Both the position numbers and the translations under genes were made by a program. From Lepidodermella squamata (Eukaryota > Animalia > Gastrotricha), in the NCBI GenBank assembly GCA_047495785.1, contig JBLDXI010000015.1, positions 2,728,001 to 2,792,000 on the forward strand: a DNA stretch of 64,000 nucleotides. The letters run 5' to 3'. The notes under the pieces were generated by a model that saw only the letters and a list, made by a program, of their open reading frames with translations, made no database searches and was not told where the DNA came from. Position 1 is the first letter of the stretch. Each line of letters begins with the position of its first letter. Positions 9,320-20,973 of this stretch are shown here, one piece after another.

Positions 9320-12300
9320 CACTTTCACTGCGGCGGGCAGTAATTACTGCTCTCCGCGGAGGATTTTCACCGCGCGGCACGCACACTCCGCGGAATTCTC
9401 GCGCATTTAATTAACGCATGTTTCAACACATAAAAAACGCCTTTTATTCTCTTGCAGTGGTTTCTCGAAGTAAAAACATCAACAAAAACATGAGCAGTTG
9501 AAAATAATTTCCGAAAAACGAAATAATTTATTCATTTTTCTTCTTGTAAGCACTGAGCCAACTTTCTCGAGAGGGAAGTGGACAACGGGAAATTGTAGTA
9601 AAGAATTGACGCTATGATCTGCAGACACAAAGCTGAAAAATAGGAGATGTTATTTACAGTTGGAAGTAGAACGCTTATCAAGAACGGAGGCGTTCAAGAC
9701 TCAAGACACGCCTCAATAAAAAACGATGGCAAAAAATCCAACATTTTCATCACGCGCCGCGCCGCGCAGCCGATACAACGACTCGCCCCTCCGGCTTTCG
9801 AAATAATCGTTATAGCTAAAATGACATTTCCTTCAAAAATAGACGTGGAACTTCTTGTCGTAATGGCACCGCGCGGGCCATTTTTTACGCACACCTAAGT
9901 ATGTGTGCGCGATAATTAGCCCACACGTACCACAACCTATGAGATTTAGCTATAGCGCGAATTTACGAAATGTTGTACCTTGTGACTCTTACCTATAGGG
10001 AATAGCCGTAATAGTGGACATGATGCCATTTGCCGGTGCAACTGTCGTGAAAGGCAGGGTAAAAGCCATTTTTGCCCTTGGGGCAGAATCTGCATTCCTT
10101 CGAGGCTTTGCTCCCGCACTGTAGGCACACGCGAGTTGACTTTGGCGCGATAGAGGTCAGCTCGTGGTACGGCTTTTCTTCAGTTCGAGTCGCCGGTTTT
10201 GGCTTGAATTGATCAGCGATCACATCCCATTTCTCGCCAATGAGGCATTTGATCACGGCGAGTCGAAAATCTTCAAGCGTTATTTTGATGCCGGTGTTGA
10301 ACTTGTAGATCTCGTAAGCGTTCAACAAGATGTACTCGAGAGTGCGAAAGTACACCTTTCGGTACCATTTCAGCGACTTCCTCAGAAATTCGTAATAAGA
10401 TACCTGCAAATGACGTAATAAAAATTAAAACCGAAAAAAACTGAATCGAATGAATCGATGGATAATGACAGCATCAAAACGAAACCAATGGAAATTCAAC
10501 AAACCTTTTGGTCATTTTTATCCACTCCATTCATCAGAATGTTGTAGATGAGGACGTGCAGCGGCTTAGGAAGCCGATCTTGGGGAGGGCGACGTGCTTG
10601 GCGCGTGTTTTTCGCTTTCGGCCCGTTTTTAGACGCGCCTTTCCCGGTCTGATCCGGCAACTTGCGTTTGCGCGCGGCAGCGGCCGGTCCCGGCTTTTTC
10701 CTTGAATCAACTCGGCTAGGCGCCTCTTACTCGCCGCATTCCGAGCCTGAAGATGACCCATCCTCATCGCTGCTCTTATCGTCTTCCACAATCTCGTCAT
10801 CAGATGAGTCTGCACCCGCTTCAAACGAAGATGAGCTTTCGTCGGCCTGGTGACCCGCAAAATTCGGTTCGATAACCGCCTCTTCTTGCAGCGGTTCGAA
10901 GCTGGCGTTCGCTGAATTTTCGTCGCCCGCAACGTTGATATGCGACTCGTCGGCGTTGGTCGACAGGTACTTCTCGATAGAAGCTGTTTTGCGACTGGTG
11001 GGTGGGTTGGCCCATACTGGCGGAAATTCAGTTGATAGCATCAAAACATCGCGCTTGTCCTTCCATTTGGAAACATAAACAGGGCCGCTTCTCAGCCACA
11101 CCATTTCATTGCGCTGGAGTTTATGTTGTACAACAAGTTCAGGATTTCCCTTTCGCTTGGGATTCAGAGTGCCTATTCAATATAAAATGTTGACGTAAAT
11201 TTGTGTGATAGGTTGAGATTTCAACCTCAACAACCGATCTGGTGTGACCAGGGCCGGCTATGATTCCGTCTTGCTCGCACGAAGACGCTGTGTAAACATG
11301 AAAGCGTAACGCGATACCGGTTTCAGATTCACACAACATGTAGATCTGCGATGAAAAAAAAAGAAATAATCGGCGAATAAAATTCCAGCGAGTCAACATC
11401 GCTTTTTGGTATTTTTGGCAAATTAGCTAGGATTTCCAAGTCAAAAATAAAATTCGCGAATTTCGTTTTCTGGCGAAATCATTTTTTTCATTTTACGACA
11501 TTTCTAAGCAAATTATTTACCTTGATTCCAAATTTATGGCGCTTGTTTTTTATGTAAACTTTGAACCCGAGGCGCCCGCGGAACAACAGGTTTTGCTCAT
11601 CGATTGAGAGGTACCTGTGCGGCGAATAGATCGATCGCATGCGATCTTGAAAGTGGTTGAGAATAGGCCGGATCTGTTGATTAGAAAAAAAATAGATTAA
11701 ATTAAAAAACAAACGAAAAGTCTTCAAAAAATGTTCAACGAGTAAAAAAATCGAGAATATATTTTTATAATCTACCTTCCAGAGCCTGTCGTTGGGTTCG
11801 AGCTGCTCTTTCAAGTCGTTATTCACAAAATGAAGGCAGGATAAAATCAGCAAAAATCGATCACGAGACATGAGCGTGGCGAACGATGGAGTTGCGGTTA
11901 GCGGCTCCGTTGACCAATATTTGTTGAACGTTGACTTTTGGACTAATGTCATCAGCAGACAAATTCCAGTCCAAACTCTGAATTCCTCTGGAACCAGATT
12001 TTTCCAAGCCAAAATTCGAGCATTGGGCAGAGTGTTTGCTTCTATCTTCTTTTCGGCCTGGTCGTTGGTTTCTTCGCAAATCATTTTCACCATCACTTCG
12101 TCGAAAATGAGCTTGAATACGCCATACGGGTCCAGTTGAGAATCAGGTTGAACGAGAAGCCGCCGCGTACCAAGAAACTCGAATACCAACGGCGGCTCTA
12201 ATAACTGATCTATCCAGTCGTCGTCGTCGACGACGTCAGACATTACAAATAATTTGGTAGCTAAAGGATGATAAATGATAAGATTATGTGATGAGGCATA

Positions 12301-12320
12301 TTTTGCTATTTCTGTCAATA
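9320..12320 (-). mobile_element. piggyBac element with a spliced, defective PGBD4-like transposase
   Basis: TTAA|CACTTTCACTGCGG terminus. Motifs MSRDRF..IL..LHF, SIDEQ..FRGR..YIKNK.HKFGIK, YMLCESETG, WKDKRDVLMLST, RKSLKWYRK and a C-terminal Cys-rich domain. In-frame stop at 10727. Other TIR not found. Confidence 0.88.
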
Positions 12321-13120
12321 AAAAAATGCCAAATTTATCTTCAAGTTTTGATTTTTCCCCGACGGAATCCCCTCTATAATTTGATACAGGTTCATTCCAA
12401 GCACAAATCTGGTTGGTTTCTTTGCAAATTCTATTCCTTCAAGGGTCGAATCAACTAGGATGAGGCTGTCGATACAAAAAACGTGAAATTTTTCTCAGCT
12501 GCCGCGCCAAAAAATCTGAAGACGAAATTAAATACCGTATTTTTTCACTTATCCTGCTGGAAATACCGGAGTATGTTGGCTTTCGGGGCTCACCTTTACA
12601 TACCAAATGTCTTGGAAAATAACTATTTTTAAGAATTCCTAAGATATTGCGGTTGGACATAATATAATTCTAAGTTCGAAAACAGTTCTAAGACCTAATC
12701 AACACCTAGATTGAGGAAATCGAATCAGCGGTAGAGTAGAATTTAGGTTCCGCTGGTCGTCGTGATTTTCATGGGTTGAAAAAGCTTTATGTTGTTACGA
12801 AAATCAGAGGCTGTTGAAAATTGGCGCGCGCAACTCGGAGAATGAGACGAGCAACGCTGCTCGCGCGTTTCGATCTCGCCCGTTATTGTGAACCACTCAG
12901 CTATTATTTCAAAATATGCGCAACAATGGAGCGCGCGTTATGTTGGCACTTGACTCCACTTGACTACACCTGGCTAAACAAGCGATAAATATCAGATAAT
13001 TGTCACCCAGCACACACACAAAACGGTGCAAGTCTGCAAAACAGCTAGAAATATAAAACAGCAACGAGAAAAATGCCAAGATGTTAATTTCAAAATATCT
13101 CTGTAAATGACTGGAAAAAA

Positions 13121-13816
13121 CTAGGGAAACACTGTTGCAAGGACTTGAAAAACAAACAACGGCGGTGCAGGGGCCGCGGGGTGAAAAGGCGGTGGTGGAG
13201 GCGGCAGTGCGACTTCAACTTGAGGGACAGCAACAGCAACAGCGGCATTCGGTACCACAGGCGCAGGGCCAGCTGCTTCTTGAGGCGGAGCTGCAGCCGC
13301 AGCAGCCACTTGAACTTGCGGCTGAGCCTCGCGTTGTTGCTGCTCGACGACGGCTTCTACCCGACACGGTTCGACTTGCTCGCGGCACGGCGGACACGGT
13401 GGGGGCGGCGGCGGCGGCCTTGGAGGTGGCGCCTCAATGTTGACTGCTGACGCCCGAGGTCTCTTGAAGCACCAAAGCCAGAGGCAGAACAATGCTACAG
13501 CAGCGACGAGAATGTAGACAGCCAGAGCTGAAATACTGGCGGCAAGCGCGATCAGACTGTTAACATCGGCGATCGTTGAGACCGGAGTTGATGGCGATGT
13601 TGGCCAAAAACTCGACGGTGCTCGCGTAATTGTCGGCCTGCTTGCCGGTGGTGAGGTCGCTGTCATAGTCGTAGTCGCAGTCGCAGCCGTGGTCGTGGTC
13701 GCAGTCGTGGTCGTGGTTGGAAGCTGGGTTTTACCGGTATCGAGGTTCTTTTTATCTTTTTTTCCTCGCTTTTCTGCTGATTTTCCGCAGGAAAATTCAT
13801 CTGATTTCTCTTGCAT
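13121..13816 (-). CDS. Putative single-pass membrane protein (Thr-rich stalk, TM helix, Pro/Ala-rich tail); probably a partial gene
   Basis: 231-aa ORF with poly-Thr, hydrophobic LIALAASISALAVYILVAAVALFCLWLWCF followed by KRPR, then poly-Pro. Confidence 0.5.
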   Translation of the reverse strand: MQEKSDEFSCGKSAEKRGKKDKKNLDTGKTQLPTTTTTATTTTAATATTTMTATSPPASRPTITRAPSSFWPTSPSTPVSTIADVNSLIALAASISALAVYILVAAVALFCLWLWCFKRPRASAVNIEAPPPRPPPPPPPCPPCREQVEPCRVEAVVEQQQREAQPQVQVAAAAAAPPQEAAGPAPVVPNAAVAVAVPQVEVALPPPPPPFHPAAPAPPLFVFQVLATVFP

Positions 13817-14594
13817 TATTATTTCTGAGTGAATGCTCGTCTCATCTATTTATCCGGTCGAAACAAGGAATCGCTGCGAAATATTTCTTTGGCGAGTACA
13901 TGATCGCCATTTTTTTGAGGTGGATTTTTATGACACAATTAGCCTATTTCGGGCGCATTATTTTTCCGGCTTGGAACATTCTGAAAAGCTTATGGAAAGT
14001 ACTGAAATTTTGGTGGGCATATTTACCTGCGATTGGAGATGTCGTAGCTAAAGCAACACCGAAACCCACACGCCGCGGCAAAAAAAACTAGTTACATTTG
14101 TGGCGTTTGAATTTTTTTTATGCCATCTCGATGTTATGTTGTCCTGTTATGGTCGTGCGTTTCACGTTTCAATAAATCGCTAAAACTCTTGTAATTGCAA
14201 AAACCAGCGTTCGATGGGAAAATTAAACCAGCATACTTGAGAATGATTGATACTAAAATGAAAATTTCGCATTTTTATAAATTCGGCCTGAATTCTTCTC
14301 AAAAAGCTGAGTTGATTCACCCAAATATCAACGCTGATCAAACTAGCTCTCATTTGTTTTTCCATCAATAAATTTACAAAATATTGAGAATTTTGCATTT
14401 TTTATTTTAGAAATGGCTTCAAATAATATATTTCATAAATTCCTCGGCTCGAAAGTTGGCGAATATCACCGCAGAGCTCTCGAGCTGGCGAAACAGCGCA
14501 CTAAATCGGTATCGGAATCAGAAGAAAGCGTATCGGAAGAAAGCGCATCGGATCAAAGCGAATCGGATCAAAGCGAATCACCACCAAACAATTA

Positions 14595-14859
14595 CGTGTG
14601 ATGAAAATTTGTCGTCTGAATTTTCGTTAACGCGCGCGCTCACAAGTTGCTAGTGCATGCGCGCGTTACTTTAAATGCACGTAAAAAATTTTTGCTTTAC
14701 ATTTTTCGAGCGAGAACACCATATTCAATCAATTTCAAATTTAATGAATTTCATAAAAACCGCCGGTAAATTCGAAATTTATCCTTTATCATTCATTGAG
14801 AGTGTGGCCGACCAATCAGAGTGCGCGCGTGGAGGAAACTTAGGCGGGCCTGAAAATGC
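14595..14859. mobile_element. Terminal arm of the MULE-type MITE family seen at 56572-57304
   Basis: About 260 bp reverse-complement match to 56575-56850, ending TTAGGCGGGCCTGAAAATG. Confidence 0.8.
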
Positions 14860-15225
14860 TTTTCGAAATTCTATTTCTTATAAATAAGCCTCAATTCTCT
14901 CGATTTCCCTGCCTAAAACCTATTTAGGTCTCGTTACTTATCAGGGTCAGTTAATGAGTAATTATAAAGCTTAGGTAGCCGATATCGATTACCAGTATCG
15001 ATTTGAAAAATCAGTGATTTTTACCATTTCGGCAATCTGAAAAAATGGATGCATGACATAACTGAGAAAACAAAGTATAGGTTTGATAGGAGCTCGTCGT
15101 TATCGACACGAAGCAGAGTAAAATCGTGGAATATGACCCCTTAATTTTCGTGAATTTTCTTTTCGTTTTTTTCTCGATTTGTTTTACTTGTGCTAATATT
15201 TTTCCAATTTTTTCAAATTTTCTAG

Positions 15226-15750
15226 GAGCAGCTCAAACAAGACGTTGTAGTATTTTACCAAGAATTCAGCGAGCTATCATGGACGAAGGCCGATGCCTAT
15301 CTGCTGATGAACGTTGAACCAAGATCGCTGCCCAAGATCGCCACTACAATGCAGGTGTACGCGAGTTATTTGATGCTGCGAAAGTCTTTCGAATCAATCA
15401 GATTCGTCTCTGAATGGTTGACGTACGCTCAAGATGAACGCATCATGAATGACGAGCCGAGTAGGTTCAGGCCAGATCTGCCGAATTTCAATCCAGTGAA
15501 TAACCGGCACGACCAAACTGTGTTGAGTTTGCTGTCGAAGAAATGGAATCTAACCGATTGGCCGAGCCCTGAGTGGAACGATGTCTCGCGGTCTCAGAAT
15601 GGCAGCGATGTCGATGGCATTACAGCTGTCAGTAGCTTTAATCCTTTGAACGTTGCTGAGCTGAAAAAACTTGGCCTTGTGATACCGACGCGTAAAATCA
15701 TCAAAAAGGATATCACTGTTAACCTTGGCATCATTGAACTTCCTGTATAA
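15226..15750 (+). CDS. 3' exon of a DUF1647-like / glycosyltransferase-like protein; 5' exons not identified
   Basis: Acceptor TTTTCTAG at 15225. Frame reads WTKADAYLLM..QVYAS..EWLTYAQDERI..RHDQTVLSLLSKK. AATAAA near 15798. Family assignment is from motif recall only. Confidence 0.55.
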   Translation, partial: EQLKQDVVVFYQEFSELSWTKADAYLLMNVEPRSLPKIATTMQVYASYLMLRKSFESIRFVSEWLTYAQDERIMNDEPSRFRPDLPNFNPVNNRHDQTVLSLLSKKWNLTDWPSPEWNDVSRSQNGSDVDGITAVSSFNPLNVAELKKLGLVIPTRKIIKKDITVNLGIIELPV

Positions 15751-16277
15751 AATGCATCACTTGAGTTTCTTCGTTTTGATACAGCTTAGCGTTATTCAAT
15801 AAAACAGAATTTAAAACTCTGAATCTTTGTTTCTGGCTATACTTGATGGCTCCTATTACAAAGTCTTAACATAAAAATGTAATAGGATCGAAAATGAACG
15901 ACTACCAAAAAGTTAATTTTGTTAAAATTTGTTCAAGTTTTTAGTCGCCCGAGAAAAAATACACTAAATAAAATCTTCAATACAAACGAAGATTATCGCC
16001 AGTTTTCCCCGTGATTTAGCGTCCTTGATATACTTAGTTCAAAGAAGATAACAATCTCTTTAAATGGGAAATGATAACATCAAAAATAAGAACATGAAAT
16101 CCGATCATTGAAAATTTTGCGGCTGCAGAGAATCGAACCCGAGTTGCCCGCAAATCAGTTTTTGCATGAAAAACGCTGAACTCTGCGTCTATCATTTTTA
16201 CTTGTGACGCAAATATAACGAATCCTGCTAAGAAGGAAACATCAGCCCCATTAGAAAGGGTAAGTATTCCAATTTCC

Positions 16278-16514
16278 AAAAACGATGCACCACCAGGAGT
16301 CGAACTAAGAATGTTGGAATAAAAAGCCACGTTTTTGATCCACTACGCCACCAGTTGAAGAAATCGGGCTGGGAAAATATTTACATCCATATTGTTGCCA
16401 ATCGGATCCACTGATAGAAACTCCTAATTGCCATGAATTGGTGGCGTAGTGGATCAAAAACGTGGCTTTTTATTCCAACATTCTTAGTTCGACTCCTGGT
16501 GGTGCATCGTTTTT
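16278..16514. repeat. Perfect 76-bp inverted repeat of a tRNA-like (box A / box B) sequence with an 85-bp spacer
   Basis: Arms 16278-16353 and 16439-16514 are exact reverse complements and contain TGGCGTAGTGG and GTTCGACTCC. Confidence 0.85.
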
Positions 16515-18425
16515 TAACTCTCATTTCTAAGCGAGCATTTTTTTACACGACCGCCCGACCACAACGACTGCGCGACCGCGCGACCAAGACCAGAAAAAAA
16601 TAGATGGACTTTGACCTTAGTCATGTGACTGCAAAGTCGCCCTATAAGCAGCTATTGAAAATGCCACATCTTTAATCGCCTGATTGTGGAGGGATAATTT
16701 CATTCAATTGCTCATGTAGCTGTTCGCAACCATTAATTTTTCAGGGAATCTCAGCTTGTCCAGTGGCAATTCGAAAGTCATTGGACCGGTCATGGTTTCT
16801 TTTTTGCCGAAGTTCAAGATTCATAAACTCATAAACTCATAAACCTGAATTTTCATCAAACCAGCTTGAGCTTTCTCTTGGATCTAATCGCTGATCGCTG
16901 ATCTTATGAAACGAATTCTTTGCTTACTCATCCCGATATTTCTTTGTTCACGACATCAGTCACGACAGCATCAGTTAATTTCAAAAATATGGGCCGAAAT
17001 GATACAAGCACAGAGTAAAAGACTAAGCAATATTGATTGCTGGCGAAGACGACGCTAAATAGCATGAATTCATTTCAAGTCAGAGAAAAATTGTGGCAAC
17101 AAAATAATCAGAGTACACAAGATTTTCCTTAGTTCCAGGGCGAAAGATTGATGTGAAAAAAATTTAATTGAGGAAAAAAACACAAGTCGCACGCAGGATT
17201 TCCAAGCGTCGCCATGGCAACAGGGCTAAAAATAGTAACAAAACCCAAAATTATAGCCCTAGTTTAGGTGTTGAATCGCTGCCCGCAAATTATATCAGCG
17301 GGTGTCAAAAAAATCAAGTATTAAGCTGTAATTTTCCCGTAATTTTTGGAGGATGATGTTTATTTTTAATTAATTTTTGAAATAATTGCAATACTGTGTA
17401 TTTGACTGCGAAAAAGCATAACAGGAAGCACGCGCGAGTGTCATATCTTCAGTATTGTTTTATCTATGATTTTTATCACCGATGTCTTGAAATGACAAAA
17501 TTATTGTTTGAGGCTTCTATGTGGATTTAAGGCTTGGTGGTTTCGGCCTGAAGGTTATAATCGACGCTGTATCTGTATCTGTAGTTACTGTATACCTGAT
17601 ACTTGCTACTTGCAGTATTTTCCCTCGAAAATGTCCGCCAAAGCCAGCGGTAAATCCCGGTTTACAGCCGCCTATTGTCGACTGACTTGAGTCGTATCTC
17701 TTGCATCACGTGCGGCGGGATGGGCTCTTTCACGGGTAGTGGGACAGGGTAATAGGAATTTTGAAGCTTTAGTAAGATTTCCAGCTGGCTTCGCCTTTTA
17801 TCCAAACGATTTTGTGATGTTTCCCCTCAACCCATCAACCTTCTAACTGGAAAACTGAATAATTCGCCGAAAATTCGGCCCCTTTGTAAACGTTCATTTG
17901 AAATTTATTGTTGATACTGCGAGCAAAAGCTTTTGCTATTTACCCCTCAAATTACGGCAAGCTTTGAAACGCGCCACGCGCAGTCATTAGCTATCGCGAG
18001 ATTCTGAAGAAAAACAATGACAAGCGCGTTTATCTTGATTCGGAAATGATTGCTCGTAAATAGGACTCTCATAACAAGTTACATATCATCATGGCGGATA
18101 GCAAGCGGGACCTCCGCCCTCGCCTCCGCCATGATAATAACAGTAGCGCCCCACTCTTCACCGCTGCGGAAACAACTGGGACAAAGATACTATTTCCATT
18201 TAAAGTTGTTTACAAATTTGACATTATCAGTGAGATAAAACTTTCGAGGCCCGCTTTGTGCGCCCGCGGTAAAGCCGCTATAGTAATAAGTATGTAAAAC
18301 TGCCCGCTTTGTAAATCCCAAAACGGAAACCTCAGAAAATATTCGGTCTTCAAACCATTATAAAAACCGCTGCAATTTCTTAAAACCCGACTTTCCGGCA
18401 GAGGTCTGTCTATTTGCCAGGAATC

Positions 18426-20650
18426 TCCAACACGAAAAACAACTTGCCAACATCTTGGCAAGAAGAGTTGTTAAGAACTTGGCGGATCTTAGCGATGACT
18501 TGACAAGAAAGCCTTCAATCTTGTCCGGTACTTGACAGGATCTGGCCAAGTTTCTTGTCGAGATTGGCCAAGAGTGACTCGTCAAGATTCGCCACGATTC
18601 GTCAAGAAACGTGAACTATACCTATAGGATACCTATACCTATATCAATATCCATTTACTCCAGCGATTAGAGTCTCATCTCAGACATTTCATAAAGGTTT
18701 ATAGCCCTGAAAAATTAACAAAAATTAAAAGACAGCTGCAAAGTGAAAAGTGTATTTTGGCGAATTTATTTTATTTATTCACATTTCGAGATAAGTCGAG
18801 TCGAAAAAATACCTCAAAATGACGGAGATATCGCGTTTAGAAATTTAGAGACAATTTTTTCTCATTTTGAGAAAAACGTAAAATTAAAAACTTGCGCACA
18901 ACAAATAATTATTTGCGCAAGTTTTTAACGTCATTATCTCCGGATTTCTCAATCCTATTTCTATAAGTTTTACACCGTTCGAAAGAGCGAAACAATGCGC
19001 TTTTAACACCAGCATTCAATTGGAATATCAACCAAAAATGGCGACGTAACATATTTTTTGGTGCTCTTATTTAAATTCGAATTCCAGGGTATAATTACCA
19101 CTGACATTGATCGGCGAAATGCCGAAAAGTCGTTTGAGCTTTCAATGTGCACAAATTTTAATGTCTGCATCGTAATCAATTCGTAACAAAATATAGGAAA
19201 AAATCGCAAATTATTGCTTTAACCCTCTAAGGCCGGCAGCTACTTAGTTTATACAACTTGAGTATACTCAAATGAAAAAAATCTTGTATCTTGAGAATGA
19301 TGAGCAGCCACCAGACCAAACTTTTCATGAATCATCTCTTCATCCATCTGAGACATTATACCAATGAACTGACCGATTTACGCAAGCCTTTGTTGCTTAA
19401 CACCTGTTCAAATCTGATAATTGCCCATTTCGATCAAAAGTGTCATTTTTTCCCGAAGCAAGCAAAAAAACCTATATTTTTCGGCCAATTCATGAGGGGC
19501 GTCAATAAATAGAAACCCGTATTGGCACTAGTTTTAACATTTTAAACCAAACTGAGTGGATTTTGCTGGCACCCATCGAGTCAAATGGCTTAAATTCCTG
19601 ATTGAGTATATACATAAAGCATCAGACCGCGTGATTTGCGCGCTCACCTGTGTTACGTAATAAACGCGGCGAGTATGCGGTTTTCGGAATTGGGGAGCCC
19701 AGATGGCTCTCTAAAACTGTGCCAAACCGTTAGTCCGGCAAAATTCGGAGGTATGAGAATTTAAGGTGAGAAGTCGTAGTTTGAGTATACACGCTCCCGG
19801 CCTTAGAGGGTTAAAGATAAATGCAAATTTGAGGTGGATCCATAGGTCCTTTGAAGTTGGGGATGCGAAATTCGGAATCAACGAATCAACCTAACCAGAG
19901 CGGCCTTGGTTGACCCTGAGACTTGTTTTTCTGGTAGTTGAAAATAATTGAAAAATCGCTAAGATACACTTTCCACTTTGCAGTTGTCAAAAAACTTCGA
20001 CAATTGTGACGGCACCAGGATACAAACCTTGCCCGCGAACCCAGCCACTCCCACGCAACCCTGCCTCGCCATCTACTGCGCCACATGTGCTGAGTTTAGC
20101 CCCTACGTATACTATTTTTTTCTGAATATCTCTAGATTTCTCACTCGAATTTAATACACTCGAATGTTGGTGCTTCACGAGTGCTTCAGGGGTCAAAACT
20201 GGTCCTCATCTCAAATCCACTTTCACTCGAGTTAGTACACTTGGGACAATAGCTATAATAATAGGTTAATCCTACAGCATGCTTCTCAGTTTTAGCTGTA
20301 AGATAAAGGCTGGGATTACCATGATAGTGGTCTAGCAAGCATGGGCAATCCCTGGGTGAAATCAGGATATTCACTGATCACAAAGGCCTATATACCTAAT
20401 ATAACAAATTATAAATAATAGATATCTAAATATGGCTGAAAATTTCATACATTTTTGCCAAGTCCGGTAAAATAAAGTAAAATATAGGAATTACGTTGAA
20501 TCAGCGAAGCCGGATACTTTCTAATCTTTACTAATCTTGTCAAGATCTTAGCTAGGTTCTTAACTTCGACTTGCCAAGAATCGCTAGGACACCATGGCAA
20601 GATCTTAGCAAGTCGTCTTGTCAAGAATCGCGTGGGATTTTCGTCTTGGG
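18426..20650. mobile_element. Non-autonomous TIR element (CCCAAG-type, EnSpm-like) with CTTG(A/G)CAAG subterminal repeats
   Basis: Left end TCCAACACGAAAA, right end TTTTCGTCTTGGG. Repeat arrays at 18440-18610 and 20535-20630. Confidence 0.55.
19223..19810. mobile_element. Non-autonomous piggyBac (MITE), nested in the previous element
   Basis: TTAA|CCCTCTAAGGCCGG...CCGGCCTTAGAGGG|TTAA. Confidence 0.92.
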
Positions 20651-20973
20651 TATAGTGTTATCACGAGCACTTTATATATCCGATTCTTCGCTTTCACCAC
20701 AATATACTTGCTGCTTTCGTGACTTTTATTTCTTCAATTAAAATTCAAAATTAGGCAATAAATTAATCTAATTTTATTTTGTTTGCTATTTTTCTCATAG
20801 ACTCAAATCTTAGAGAAGTACTTCTGTTCTCTATGACTTAAATAAAGTGGCGTAAACTTTTTTGCTTGTTCCTAATTAGCCTTTAGCCATCAGCTAATGT
20901 TAGGCTGGTTAGTTGCAGTATTCCGAGTGGGAATCCGCCATCAGCTCTATCTTTGGCGGTAAAAACGTGCCCG

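Noticed and set aside
16439-16514. Functional tRNA gene
   Set aside because: Box A and box B are present but the acceptor and anticodon stems do not form.
18440-18610. CRISPR-like repeat array
   Set aside because: Eukaryotic context and short degenerate motifs without regular spacers; better explained as transposon subterminal repeats.
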